This document shows, in pieces, positions 1 through 10,005 of a DNA stretch of 64,000 bases. Position 1 is the first letter of the stretch. Each line of letters opens with the position of its first letter. A program made the translations under genes and the position numbers. The stretch spans positions 32,001 through 96,000 of the forward strand of contig CAWJKT010000003.1 of the NCBI GenBank assembly GCA_963843375.1, given 5' to 3'. This DNA is from an uncultured Pseudomonadota bacterium (lineage in GTDB: Bacteria > Oederibacteriota > Muellerivitia > Muellerivitales > Muellerivitaceae). Under the pieces are notes generated by a model. The model did not search any database and was not told where the DNA came from. It was given only the letters and a program-made list of their open reading frames with translations.

Positions 1-432
1 CGAAATATTTCCATCAAGGAATTGGCGGCTCGAATTGCGGAAAAGAAGAAGTCGAAAGTTGACACCCGATACGATGAAATTGAGTTTCAGAAAAAATTTT
101 CTCTCCCATTTTCTGCCTTGGCGTTTGCGCTGATCGGTGTTCCTTTGGGCTTGATTATTCGAAATGGCGCCATCGTGGGGCCCTTTTTGGCTGTTTTGCT
201 GGTGGCGCTCTATGATGGGTTTATTTCTTTTGGTCAAGACGGAGTCAACAATGGCATGCTTTCCCCAGTTATAGCGGCCTGGTTACCTAATGTGGTTTTA
301 ATTTTGATCGGTATAGTGATGGTCTATTGGTTGAATCACCGGCTTGATTTTTGGCAACACCTTTTTAGCCTAAAGAATAAGAATAAATTCGTTTCTGATA
401 AGGAACATTTTCTGACGATGGAACCCAAATGA
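1..432 (+). CDS. LptF/LptG family LPS export permease, C-terminal part (5' truncated by window edge)
   Basis: Frame open from base 1. 'EFQKKFSLPFSALAFALIGVPLG' and 'LSPVIAAWLPN' are typical LptF/G C-terminal TM motifs. Adjacent to an LptD-like gene. Confidence 0.88.
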   Translation, partial: RNISIKELAARIAEKKKSKVDTRYDEIEFQKKFSLPFSALAFALIGVPLGLIIRNGAIVGPFLAVLLVALYDGFISFGQDGVNNGMLSPVIAAWLPNVVLILIGIVMVYWLNHRLDFWQHLFSLKNKNKFVSDKEHFLTMEPK

Positions 433-2546
433 ATCGGAAGCTCAAGACTTCTCATTTCTTAATGGCGAAATTTCTCTTTCTTTTCTTTTCGATTTGCGTT
501 TCTCGTGCCTATGGGGATTTATCGCTTTCCCTGGGTGCCCAGGTTCACATTCAAGCCGATACTATTGAGTATTTGCGTGACCAAAATCTGGTCGTCGCAA
601 AAGGCCAGGTTCATGTCCAACAGAATTCGGTTCAGCTTTATGCGGATACCATCCGATACGATACCGAAGCCCAAGAGGTTTATGCTTATGGCCATGTGGT
701 TTGGCAGGACGAAAGTCAGGAAGTCGAGACCCAAAGTCTGACCTACAATCTTCGTACGGGACAGGGAAAAGCCTTTAACATCAAAACGACCACGGCACCG
801 TGGATATCCACCGGTTCCGAGATTGATATCATGCCGGATAAGATTGTTGTTAAAGATGCCGTGACAACTTCCTGCGATTACCCCGAGGGTTATAGGCACT
901 ATTACATGAAATCAGACAAAATCACGATTTATTCGGGGGATTATTTAGTCGCCGAAAACGTGTTTTTGTTTATCGGCAAGGTTCCGGTTTTTTATTTCCC
1001 TTTTTTCGTTAAAACAATCCATGACATCCGGACACCCTTTTCCATTTCAACCGGGTCCACCGATTACTTGGGAAACTATATCCTGGCCACGACCAATTAT
1101 CTTTTGAATCCTAAAAGTTATGGCGCTCTTTATACGGATTACTTTTTCCAAAAGGGAATTGGGTTGGGGTTGCGCCATGAAATCGCCTTAAATGATTATT
1201 CCGTGTTGTCGCTTTATGGCTATGGCATAGAGGAAAAGGATACGAAACAATTTCGTTGGGAAGGAAGAGTTCGGGGACTTTGGGCTTTTTCCTCGAATTT
1301 CCAAGGCCGTGTGGAAGCGGATTTGCCCGGAGATGGAAATTTCGCTACTGATTATTCCGTCGCCCAGCGGGATCCCAGTTTGGTCTCAACCTTCCGGGAG
1401 TACGATATTTCCACGACTTATACCAACCTCAACTATACTTTAGGGCTTCTCCTCCGGCGGCAGGATTTGGCGGATGGAAGCAATCCTCCGACCAGTGAGT
1501 TTAACTTCATCCGGAACCTTGAAAATTGGCCTCAGGCAACCTTTTCGCTTTTTCCCCAACCTTTGATCGGAAAAAACTTCTTGAAATACGATATGAGCCT
1601 TCAGGGGGACCACACTTATACGGAAAGCAACGGATTTTATGTGACTCATTTAACAGGTGAATTGGGCGTCAGCGAAAGCGCTCTGCTCATGCAAACCCAA
1701 AATATATTTTCAAGGGTGGCCGTCGATGATGCCATTCAAGATGTTTCGGATGTGGGTATTACCATAGGAGCGGGTGCCGCCGGTGAAACCCACAGTATTA
1801 ACATTCAAAATACTTGGACATCCCGGTGGTCGGAGTACTTTAACTCGAACTTTACTTATAACTACGCCCAGAAACTCAATAACCCGGCCCCGTCTGACCC
1901 TCCTCGGGGGGTCACTTCGAATTTGCTTTCGGGGAGGTTGGAATGTGATTTAGGAACGGCCTTGCGAGCGGCTACCAGCACAACCTATGATTTCAACGCC
2001 CAAGTGGGAACGGATGCCTCTCGTTTTGGCTATTTACATGAGGAGTTTTATTTGACGGCTTCAACGCAATTCGACTATACGCTTATTGGCGATTTTTCGG
2101 TTCAGGACAACGCTTTGAAGGATTTGAATAGCATTTTAAATTTTAAAAGTCCCCAAGACATGTGGCGTTTTCGGGTTTCCGGCAATTATGTGGATCCCAA
2201 TTTCACCAATACGGGTCCCGTCACGGAAGGTCTTCCGCCAACGTTAGAAATCGCAGGTGAAGTGGACTTCGCTTTTTTCACCAATTATCGGATTTCGTTA
2301 ATTGAAAGTTATGATTTGACCAATTCCCAATTTGAAACCCGTAGCATCAGTCTTTTCAGGGATTTGCACGATTGGATGGCGGAACTGAATTACACTCAAG
2401 ATCCGATTGAGGGTAATAAGGTGTTTTTTACCTTGAGTCTTAAATCTTTTCCGGGAAGACCTTTGTCAGTATCCAACGATCAACTTCAAAGCTTGAATGG
2501 TTTAAGAAATCAGGGTTTGACGGGTGCGGCCAGCCAGTTCCAGTAA
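429..2546 (+). CDS. lptD: LPS-assembly protein LptD-like (OstA jellyroll plus beta-barrel)
   Basis: Signal peptide; OstA-like repeats (IQADTIEY..VVAKGQV, LYADTIRYD), 'TTSCD' and 'GKVPVFYFP'; C-terminal 'LFRDLHDW...FFTLSL' barrel end. Start may be ATG 462. Confidence 0.85.
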   Translation: MNRKLKTSHFLMAKFLFLFFSICVSRAYGDLSLSLGAQVHIQADTIEYLRDQNLVVAKGQVHVQQNSVQLYADTIRYDTEAQEVYAYGHVVWQDESQEVETQSLTYNLRTGQGKAFNIKTTTAPWISTGSEIDIMPDKIVVKDAVTTSCDYPEGYRHYYMKSDKITIYSGDYLVAENVFLFIGKVPVFYFPFFVKTIHDIRTPFSISTGSTDYLGNYILATTNYLLNPKSYGALYTDYFFQKGIGLGLRHEIALNDYSVLSLYGYGIEEKDTKQFRWEGRVRGLWAFSSNFQGRVEADLPGDGNFATDYSVAQRDPSLVSTFREYDISTTYTNLNYTLGLLLRRQDLADGSNPPTSEFNFIRNLENWPQATFSLFPQPLIGKNFLKYDMSLQGDHTYTESNGFYVTHLTGELGVSESALLMQTQNIFSRVAVDDAIQDVSDVGITIGAGAAGETHSINIQNTWTSRWSEYFNSNFTYNYAQKLNNPAPSDPPRGVTSNLLSGRLECDLGTALRAATSTTYDFNAQVGTDASRFGYLHEEFYLTASTQFDYTLIGDFSVQDNALKDLNSILNFKSPQDMWRFRVSGNYVDPNFTNTGPVTEGLPPTLEIAGEVDFAFFTNYRISLIESYDLTNSQFETRSISLFRDLHDWMAELNYTQDPIEGNKVFFTLSLKSFPGRPLSVSNDQLQSLNGLRNQGLTGAASQFQ

Positions 2547-2621
2547 TCAAACCTTACGGCACTAGAAAAAAAGCTCCTCTTTGATTAATAATGATCATCT
2601 TCGGTAAATGGAAAGTGAGTT

Positions 2622-5501
2622 ATGAGAAAAAACAGTATCGTCGTTCGCGGTGCCCGTGAACACAACCTTAAAAACATTTCCGTAGAAATACCCAGGGATC
2701 AGTTGGTGGTTATCACCGGAGTTTCAGGTTCCGGAAAATCTTCTCTGGCTTTTGATACCCTTTACGCGGAGGGGCAAAGACGATACGTGGAGTCGCTTTC
2801 AGCCTATGCCCGACAATTTCTTGGGCTAATGGAAAAACCTGATGTGGATTCAATAGAAGGGCTTTCTCCAGCCGTCGCAATCCAGCAAAAAGCAGGGAGC
2901 CGAAATCCCCGATCCACCGTCGGAACTAGCACTGAAATTTATGATTATCTGCGTCTCATGTTTGCCAGGGTTGGAATCCCGCATTGCATTAAATGTGGAC
3001 GAACCATAAGTCGGCAAACAGTACAACAAATCGTGGATAGGGTGCTTGCCTTCCCGGTTGGTTCAAAGCTCCACATTTTGGCTCCTTTGATTTCCAGCCG
3101 AAAAGGGGAATATAAGAAAATCTTCGATCAAGTTCGCAAGGATGGGTTTGTCCGGGTCCGGGTGGATGGCGTAATTATGGAAGTCGATGATCGTATTAAT
3201 CTTGAGAAAAACCAAAAACATGACATCGAAGTGGTGATTGATCGGCTGGTTTTAAAACCCGAGATTAAAAAACGACTTGCCGATTCGCTTGAAACGGCAT
3301 CCAAACAAGGAGAGGGCATCGTAAAGGTCCTTGTGGGTTCCGGCGCAAAGGAAGAGGAACACCTCTTTTCCGAACACAATGCTTGCGTATATTGCGGCAT
3401 CAGTATGGAAGAGCCGGCGCCCCGAAATTTTTCATTCAATAATCCACATGGGGCTTGTCCAGCTTGTACCGGAATGGGTTTTAAGATGGAAGCGGACGAA
3501 TCTCTTGTGGTGGACCCAGAGAAGTCCATTCTAGAAGGAGCCATCGACCCCTATGACTCGCCCAAATCGGTTTATTATCAAAATCTAGTCGAAGGTCTTT
3601 GCCAACATTTCGGGGTCAAACAAGAAACCCCGTTTAAAAAACTGCCTCAAAAGGTCAAGGACGCCATTCTTTTTGGGACACAGGAAGAAATGGAATTCAA
3701 AATTCAAAAAGGAAGTTATCGGCAAAAATTTTGGGGACCATTTGAGGGAGTTATTCCAAATTTAGAGAGGCGTTATCAGGAGACTGATTCCGAATCTATC
3801 CGAGAAGACATTGAAAAATATCTGGTAAGTAAAGCCTGCCGGACTTGCAAAGGGACAAGATTAAAACCCGAAAGTTTGGCTGTGACCATCGATGATAAGA
3901 ACATTATTGACGTGACCAGATTTTCGGTAAAAAAATGCCTGGAGTTTTTTGATCAATTAGGGTTGGACGGGAAATCGTTGGCGGTTGCTGGCCAAATATT
4001 AAAAGAGGTCAAAAGTCGACTGTCTTTTCTCAAAAACGTCGGTCTAGATTATTTGACATTGGATCGAATGACCGCATCCTTGTCCGGCGGAGAGGCCCAA
4101 CGCATTCATTTGGCTACCCAGATTGGTAGTGCTTTAGTGGGGGTTCTTTATATTTTGGACGAACCTTCCATAGGCTTGCATCAACGAGATAACGTTAGGC
4201 TTCTGAATACTCTTAATCATTTGCGGGATATTGGAAACACCGTGATTGTCGTGGAACATGACGAAGACACTATTGAAGCGGCTGATTTTATTGTCGACAT
4301 GGGAATTGGAGCTGGGATTGAGGGTGGTGAAGTCGTGGTGTCAGGATCCCTGGACCAGATTCTTTCCAATCGGCGATCCTTGACGGGTCAATATCTTACT
4401 GGGGAACTTTCAATTCCCACAAAACTCGAAACCGGAAGAAAACAAGAAAAATTTATAACATTGGTGGGCGCCTCCAAAAATAACCTTAAAAATCTGACGA
4501 TAAAGTTGCCCTTGGGCTGTTTTATAGCCGTCACCGGAGTTTCGGGTTCCGGAAAAAGCACCTTAGTGATGGAAACCCTATACCCCGCCTTACTTCATCA
4601 ACTTTATCAGTTAAGAATAAAGCCGGAAGGATATGAGTCCTTGTCGGGAGTGGAAAACATCGACAAAATCATTGAAATTGATCAATCCCCTATAGGGCGC
4701 ACGCCTCGATCTAATCCAGCAACCTATACCGGTGTTTTTACCCAAGTCCGAGATCTTTTTGCCAGATTACCCGAGTCCAAAGTCCGAGGTTACAAGGAAG
4801 GACGTTTTAGTTTTAATGTAAAGGGAGGACGCTGCGAGGCTTGTGAGGGGGATGGCGTTATCAAGATAGAAATGCATTTTTTGCCTGATGTTTATGTACC
4901 CTGTGAAGTTTGCAAAGGGAAGCGTTATAACCGAGAGACTTTGGAGATATTGTTCAAAGGCAAAAGTATTTCCGATATTTTGGAATTAAGCGTGGAGGAG
5001 GCCCTGCCTTTTTTCTCTTCCATTCCCAAAATCAATAAAGTATTAGAAACGCTACTTGAGGTTGGGTTGGGTTATATCAAGCTGGGCCAAGCGGCAACAA
5101 CACTTTCTGGGGGGGAAGCTCAAAGGGTTAAACTTTCAACGGAGCTGGGGAAACGGAGTACCGGCAGGACAATGTATATCCTGGATGAACCGACCACGGG
5201 ACTGCATTTCGCGGATGTTCACCATCTCACTCGGGTTTTGAATCGATTAGTTGACGCCGGCAATACTGTAGTTGTAATTGAGCATAATTTGGATGTCATT
5301 AAAATGGCGGATTACATTCTTGATTTGGGGCCGGAAGGTGGGGACGAGGGCGGTCAATTGGTGGCATCGGGCAGCGTAAAGCAAGTGATGGAAAACACAA
5401 AATCGCATACGGGTCAATTTTTAGCCATGAAAGTTCGAAAAGATCTAAACAGGTTGAAAAAACAGGGAAAACCAGTAATGGCGACCGGAATTGCGCGTTG
5501 A
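2622..5501 (+). CDS. uvrA: Excinuclease ABC subunit A
   Basis: GAREHNLKN start, two Walker A motifs (GVSGSGKS), LSGGEAQR signatures, Zn-finger CxxC pairs; 959 aa, intact. Confidence 0.99.
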   Translation: MRKNSIVVRGAREHNLKNISVEIPRDQLVVITGVSGSGKSSLAFDTLYAEGQRRYVESLSAYARQFLGLMEKPDVDSIEGLSPAVAIQQKAGSRNPRSTVGTSTEIYDYLRLMFARVGIPHCIKCGRTISRQTVQQIVDRVLAFPVGSKLHILAPLISSRKGEYKKIFDQVRKDGFVRVRVDGVIMEVDDRINLEKNQKHDIEVVIDRLVLKPEIKKRLADSLETASKQGEGIVKVLVGSGAKEEEHLFSEHNACVYCGISMEEPAPRNFSFNNPHGACPACTGMGFKMEADESLVVDPEKSILEGAIDPYDSPKSVYYQNLVEGLCQHFGVKQETPFKKLPQKVKDAILFGTQEEMEFKIQKGSYRQKFWGPFEGVIPNLERRYQETDSESIREDIEKYLVSKACRTCKGTRLKPESLAVTIDDKNIIDVTRFSVKKCLEFFDQLGLDGKSLAVAGQILKEVKSRLSFLKNVGLDYLTLDRMTASLSGGEAQRIHLATQIGSALVGVLYILDEPSIGLHQRDNVRLLNTLNHLRDIGNTVIVVEHDEDTIEAADFIVDMGIGAGIEGGEVVVSGSLDQILSNRRSLTGQYLTGELSIPTKLETGRKQEKFITLVGASKNNLKNLTIKLPLGCFIAVTGVSGSGKSTLVMETLYPALLHQLYQLRIKPEGYESLSGVENIDKIIEIDQSPIGRTPRSNPATYTGVFTQVRDLFARLPESKVRGYKEGRFSFNVKGGRCEACEGDGVIKIEMHFLPDVYVPCEVCKGKRYNRETLEILFKGKSISDILELSVEEALPFFSSIPKINKVLETLLEVGLGYIKLGQAATTLSGGEAQRVKLSTELGKRSTGRTMYILDEPTTGLHFADVHHLTRVLNRLVDAGNTVVVIEHNLDVIKMADYILDLGPEGGDEGGQLVASGSVKQVMENTKSHTGQFLAMKVRKDLNRLKKQGKPVMATGIAR

Positions 5502-5526
5502 CGGTCATTTATAGCAAGGATATAAT
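5498..5526 (+). promoter_or_regulatory. sigma70-type promoter overlapping the uvrA stop codon
   Basis: TTGACG (5498-5503), 17 bp spacer, TATAAT (5521-5526). Confidence 0.7.
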
Positions 5527-5563
5527 TTCAGTAATCCATAATTTTAAAGGGGTTTCTTTCATC

Positions 5564-6535
5564 TTGAAAAAAAATTCTAAGCGATTCCAAGCCTTTGTTA
5601 AAGTCACCACCGTATTTATTTTCATTCTCTTGGCGAGTTTCCAACCTGCTTTTTCTGGAGGCCCCGGCTCCACGGGCGACGTAGAACTCAAAATTCCTGT
5701 GGGACCCCGCGCGATTGCTATGGGTCAAGCCTTTGTGGCGGTTGCCGATGATGCTAATGCTGTTTATTGGAATCCCGCGGGATTAAATCAATTGGGTGGT
5801 TCGATGTTGACCGCTCAGTATGATTCATTCATTAGTACGATAAGTTATGAGTTTTTGGCCATCGCAACGAAATTAGGCAATAATGCGGCCATTGGCTTGG
5901 GATCGAAAATATTAACTACGGGTCCACCGGAACAAGCGATCGATAGTAGTGGAAATCCCACCACCGGGTCGGTCTATGAAAACTATATGGATATTGATTT
6001 ATCAGGTGCTTATCGGTTGAGCTATTATTTTGATGTTGGTTTAACAGCGAAATACATTAATAAAAACTTATCCGGAACCAGTTCCTCCACTATTGCATTT
6101 GATATAGGGGTTCTTTATAAGACGCCTATTCCACATTTTACCGCAGGTCTTAACCTTCAAAACTTAGGGCCGGGAAGCACTTTTGACCAGGTAACGGATC
6201 CACTTCCTCTCAATCTGAAAATCGGTGTGGCTTACAGGATGTTTGATGATGACTTCACTACTGCTTTTGATATGAACTTTCCAAATGACAACGCCATATC
6301 CGCTAATTTGGGGGGGGAATACTGGTATAAAAATACCCTGGTTGGCCGGTTTGGCTACCAATTTCAGGGTTCAGTCGATCAAAATGAAGTTGGGATCGGC
6401 GGGAAAGCGGGTTTGTATTTGGGAGCCGGGGTGAAAGTAGCGGCCTTTAAAGATTTCATCGGTTTGGATTATGCCTGGACGAACGATGGTTTCCTTGGCG
6501 CGGAAAATTTATTTGCCCTGGACTTTTATTTCTAA
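5564..6535 (+). CDS. PorV/PorQ (UPF0164)-family outer-membrane beta-barrel protein
   Basis: 'GPRAIAMGQAFVAVADDANAVYWNPAGL' is the family N-terminal motif; signal peptide; C-terminal 'FALDFYF' beta-signal. TTG 5564 chosen as start because the promoter lies inside the longer ORF-track call (5498). Confidence 0.85.
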   Translation: MKKNSKRFQAFVKVTTVFIFILLASFQPAFSGGPGSTGDVELKIPVGPRAIAMGQAFVAVADDANAVYWNPAGLNQLGGSMLTAQYDSFISTISYEFLAIATKLGNNAAIGLGSKILTTGPPEQAIDSSGNPTTGSVYENYMDIDLSGAYRLSYYFDVGLTAKYINKNLSGTSSSTIAFDIGVLYKTPIPHFTAGLNLQNLGPGSTFDQVTDPLPLNLKIGVAYRMFDDDFTTAFDMNFPNDNAISANLGGEYWYKNTLVGRFGYQFQGSVDQNEVGIGGKAGLYLGAGVKVAAFKDFIGLDYAWTNDGFLGAENLFALDFYF

Positions 6536-6541
6536 TCTTTA

Positions 6542-6569
6542 TTGCCTTCCATTCGTTTTTCCTTATACT
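6542..6569 (+). promoter_or_regulatory. Putative sigma70 promoter of the Crp-family gene
   Basis: TTGCCT (6542-6547), 16 bp, TATACT (6564-6569). Confidence 0.5.
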
Positions 6570-6654
6570 CCTTTTGGGATTAGATGTTGTAACAATCTGA
6601 GTTGGATTTTTAATTAGCTAATATTCACGCGACCCATTTAACGTTTAAGGAAAC

Positions 6655-7314
6655 ATGATGAGTTCCGAACAAGAAATTTTTGAAAAATGTGGCAGGTCCT
6701 ACAATGCCAATGATGTCATTTTCCGTGAAGGCGACATGGGCAATGAGATGTTTATTATCCAGTCGGGCAAGGTGAAAATCACAAAACAGTTAAAAGATGG
6801 TGTTGAAAAGACCTTGGTCATTTTAGGGCCGGGGGATTTTTTCGGAGAAATGGCTGTTATTGACAAGGATGTCCGCTCGGCCAACGCGATTGCAATTGAA
6901 CCCTCGCGTCTCATTGCTTTAGATGAAGAAGTATTTGAGATGCATATGCAAACCAATCCAAAGATTGTCAAAAAAATTCTGAAAAACTTAACATCCCGCC
7001 TACGGGAATCAAATCAACAAATAGCCAACCTGATGATCAAGGATGCCAACCGGTTAGTGGCCAATACTATTTTGTTAGTCGTTCACAAACATGGCGAAGA
7101 AGGTCCGAACGGAATCACTGTGGACATTCCTTTTACAGTCGGGGAATTGAGTAAGATGTGCGGCCTGGAAAATGCGAAAACCCAGGAAATTGTGGAGAAG
7201 CTCATCAAGGCCAAAGTTGTTCGTTTGTCGGGTGAAACAATCATGGTAACAAGTTTGGATAATCTTGAGAAATTCATTAAATTTTTGGAGATGAAGGAAC
7301 AATTCGGCGAATAG
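6655..7314 (+). CDS. Crp/Fnr-family cyclic-nucleotide-binding protein
   Basis: cNMP domain 'IFREGDMGNEMFIIQSGKVKI...GDFFGEMA...RSANA'; C-terminal winged-HTH-like region; AAGGA RBS. Confidence 0.9.
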   Translation: MMSSEQEIFEKCGRSYNANDVIFREGDMGNEMFIIQSGKVKITKQLKDGVEKTLVILGPGDFFGEMAVIDKDVRSANAIAIEPSRLIALDEEVFEMHMQTNPKIVKKILKNLTSRLRESNQQIANLMIKDANRLVANTILLVVHKHGEEGPNGITVDIPFTVGELSKMCGLENAKTQEIVEKLIKAKVVRLSGETIMVTSLDNLEKFIKFLEMKEQFGE

Positions 7315-7329
7315 CTGAAATTTATCTTC

Positions 7330-7358
7330 AAGCCCCGCAATTTTGTGGGGCTTTTTTT
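7330..7358 (+). terminator. Rho-independent terminator
   Basis: AAGCCCCGCAA / TTGTGGGGCTT stem running into a T7 tract, just after the Crp-family stop. Confidence 0.85.
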
Positions 7359-7437
7359 GTAAGTTGTTATGAGATGATGGTTTACAAGATCGTCACAATG
7401 CCCCTCAATGACAAGAAATTAAACCCAGAGTAAAAAA

Positions 7438-8412
7438 GTGATACTGACAGAAATAACGGCATCCATACAAAACGATTTAAACCGGGTCGAGCAAAGAATT
7501 GCCGAAACGCTCCGCACCGAAAATGTTTTTATCCAACAAATGGTGGATTATCTTTCCCATTCCACGGGCAAGCGAATCAGGCCCGCTCTTGGTATTTTAT
7601 CGGCTAAATATTGTGGCCGAGTCACCGATGAAACAATCGCGTTGGGGGCGGCGTTGGAAATGATCCATGTGGCCACCCTCATTCATGATGATATTATTGA
7701 CAATTCCGAAGTCCGTCGAAAACAAAAAACCTTGAATTTTAAATGGGGAAATGAGATTTCGGTTTTGATGGGGGATTATGTTTTCGCGTCCTCTTTTTAT
7801 TTAATGGCGAAAAAACTTCCTAAAAACGTCTTGAGCACCCTTGCGGACACGACCAATATTATTTGCAGAGGGGAGATATCGGAAACCTTCCATCGGTTCA
7901 ACGCGGATTTGACAGAGGCCCAATATTTTGAAGTTATCAAGGAAAAAACGGCGAGCCTTTTTGCCGCTAGCTGTCAGACGGGCGCTATGTTGGCGGAGGG
8001 CGATGAAGGGGATATCGAAAACCTCTATCGTTTTGGCATGGGAATCGGGATGGCCTTTCAAGTGATTGATGATACGTTGGATTTTGTTGGCAAAGAATCC
8101 ACGATCGGGAAACCTATTATGAGTGATATACGGGAAGGTAAACTTACCCTTCCGGTGATCCATTGTTTCAATTGCGCCACCGCTGGGGAAAAGGAAAAAC
8201 TGACCTCTATTATCCTGAGCAAAGTAAAGAGCGATTTGGATTTCCGGTTTTTGAATTCCTTGATTGAAAAATACAAAGCTATCGATTTTTCAATCCAAAG
8301 AGCTCGTCTTTTCGTGGAGGAAGCCAAGGGCGCTCTAGATGAATTAGATGAAAATCCCTCCAAGAGCGAATTGCTCCATTTCGCAGATTTCTTAATCGAC
8401 CGCGATTTTTAA
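7438..8412 (+). CDS. Trans-polyprenyl diphosphate synthase (HepT/IspB-like)
   Basis: GKRIRP, first DDxxD 'IHDDIID...RR', 'KTA', second 'FQVIDDTLD', 'GKLTLP'. Confidence 0.95.
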   Translation: MILTEITASIQNDLNRVEQRIAETLRTENVFIQQMVDYLSHSTGKRIRPALGILSAKYCGRVTDETIALGAALEMIHVATLIHDDIIDNSEVRRKQKTLNFKWGNEISVLMGDYVFASSFYLMAKKLPKNVLSTLADTTNIICRGEISETFHRFNADLTEAQYFEVIKEKTASLFAASCQTGAMLAEGDEGDIENLYRFGMGIGMAFQVIDDTLDFVGKESTIGKPIMSDIREGKLTLPVIHCFNCATAGEKEKLTSIILSKVKSDLDFRFLNSLIEKYKAIDFSIQRARLFVEEAKGALDELDENPSKSELLHFADFLIDRDF

Positions 8413-8532
8413 AAAAGTGATGGTGGTCTTTGCGATTTGGTTTCGAAGTTATGCCTTGAATTTTAACGCGTTGGTGTGTATAGAATAGGCTGCTTTTTGA
8501 ACCCCAACCCGAATCGTTTTTGAGAGAGGTCT

Positions 8533-8913
8533 ATGCTAGAACAATATGGTTATGTTTTGGTTTTCCTCTTTGCTGGAATTTTTTTCATTCTTATGGCGTT
8601 TGTGACTGGTTGGGCGTTAAGTCCAAATGGTTTACTCGGCCTTAAATACAAATATAAAAAAGAAATTTTAGTCGATACCTACGAATGTGGCGTTGAAACC
8701 TACGGAACATCCTGGATTAGGTTTAATGTTAGCTTTTATCTTTACGCCCTTTTATTCGTCATTTTTGACATTGAAACAGTGTTTTTATACCCTTGGGCGG
8801 TTTCCTTCCGGCAATTAGGCATGTCGGGGTTCTTGGAAATGATTGTTTTTATAGCTATTTTATTGGTAGGACTTGCTTACGCTTGGAAGAAGGAGGCCTT
8901 GAAATGGGAGTAG
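8533..8913 (+). CDS. nuoA: NADH-quinone oxidoreductase subunit A
   Basis: 'YECG', '[15 protein letters not shown]'; three TM helices. Confidence 0.97.
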   Translation: MLEQYGYVLVFLFAGIFFILMAFVTGWALSPNGLLGLKYKYKKEILVDTYECGVETYGTSWIRFNVSFYLYALLFVIFDIETVFLYPWAVSFRQLGMSGFLEMIVFIAILLVGLAYAWKKEALKWE

Positions 8914-9446
8914 GTTTAAAAGGTTTATCCAAACCTGAGATCGATTTAATGGAAAGCGAAAGTAAAATTCCGGGTTTGTGGACTTTGGAAAAGGCCGTTG
9001 GGTTCATTTTCCGTTGGGCCAGGAAAAATTCATTGTGGCCGCTTCAGTTCGGAACGGCCTGTTGTGCCATTGAAATGATGGCGACTGCCGCCGGTCGTTA
9101 CGATATTGCCCGTTTTGGCGCGGAGGTTTTTAGGCCTTCACCCCGCCAGGCGGATCTTATTATTGCGGCTGGGACGATCACCGAGAAAATGGGTTACGCC
9201 CTAAAAAAGCTTTATGAACAGATGCCCAAGCCAAGTTGGATTATCGCCATGGGCAGTTGCACCATCGCCGGTGGGCCTTATTACTATGATTCCTATACTG
9301 TCGTCAAAGGGATTGATTCCTTTGTGCCTGTTGATGTTTATGTCCCGGGGTGTCCGCCGAGGCCTGAATCGTTGCTTCATGGATTGATGGCGATCCAAAA
9401 AAAAATCGAAGATGAGCCGATTTTTCGCCGCCGCCCAAACACCTAA
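8904..9446 (+). CDS. nuoB: NADH-quinone oxidoreductase subunit B
   Basis: 'GTACCAIEM', 'SPRQAD', 'MGSC', 'PGCPPRPE'; ATG 8904 after AGGAGG. Confidence 0.97.
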   Translation: MGVGLKGLSKPEIDLMESESKIPGLWTLEKAVGFIFRWARKNSLWPLQFGTACCAIEMMATAAGRYDIARFGAEVFRPSPRQADLIIAAGTITEKMGYALKKLYEQMPKPSWIIAMGSCTIAGGPYYYDSYTVVKGIDSFVPVDVYVPGCPPRPESLLHGLMAIQKKIEDEPIFRRRPNT

Positions 9447-9531
9447 GATTCATCGATCGAAAATTTGTTAAAAGACTGATCTTCAAATAGTGAATGATTG
9501 AATCGTTGATTACCCAAAAAGGTTGGTTTTT

Positions 9532-10005
9532 ATGACTGTGGACGAGCTTAAAACCAAAATTGAAACTGACTTTAAAGATAAAATTCTATCGGTTGTTTTG
9601 TCGGCTCAAAAGGAAGTCATTGTTGCGGCTAAGGCGGAAACATACGTTTCTTTGTGTCAGGATTTGAAGAACAAGCCGGACTATTCTTTCCAACACCTCT
9701 CTTGTCTTACCGCTGTTGATTATATTAAAGATAATAAAATCACGGTTGTCAGCCATCTTTGGTCCTACTCCAAATGCCATCAGGTAACCATTAAATTGGA
9801 TGTTGATCGGGCTACCGCCAAGGCACCCACGATTGAGAATGTTTGGAAAAGCGCCAATTGGTTTGAAAGGGAAGTTTACGATCTTTACGGTGTGATCTTT
9901 GAAGGGCATTCGGATTTACGACGAATTATGATGCCGGACGATTACATCAAGTATCCTCTCAGAAAGGATTTCACCGATGACGGATTTATTGTTAAGCCAA
10001 ATTAA
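9532..10005 (+). CDS. nuoC: NADH-quinone oxidoreductase subunit C
   Basis: '[26 protein letters not shown]...PLRKDF'. Confidence 0.96.
   Translation: MTVDELKTKIETDFKDKILSVVLSAQKEVIVAAKAETYVSLCQDLKNKPDYSFQHLSCLTAVDYIKDNKITVVSHLWSYSKCHQVTIKLDVDRATAKAPTIENVWKSANWFEREVYDLYGVIFEGHSDLRRIMMPDDYIKYPLRKDFTDDGFIVKPN

Noticed and set aside
2547..2621. LexA/SOS box upstream of uvrA
   Set aside because: No CTGT-N8-ACAG or GAAC-N4-GTTC present.
7375..7400. CRP, FNR or Rex site before the polyprenyl synthase (TCACAA half-site)
   Set aside because: The other half-site does not match any of these consensus sequences.
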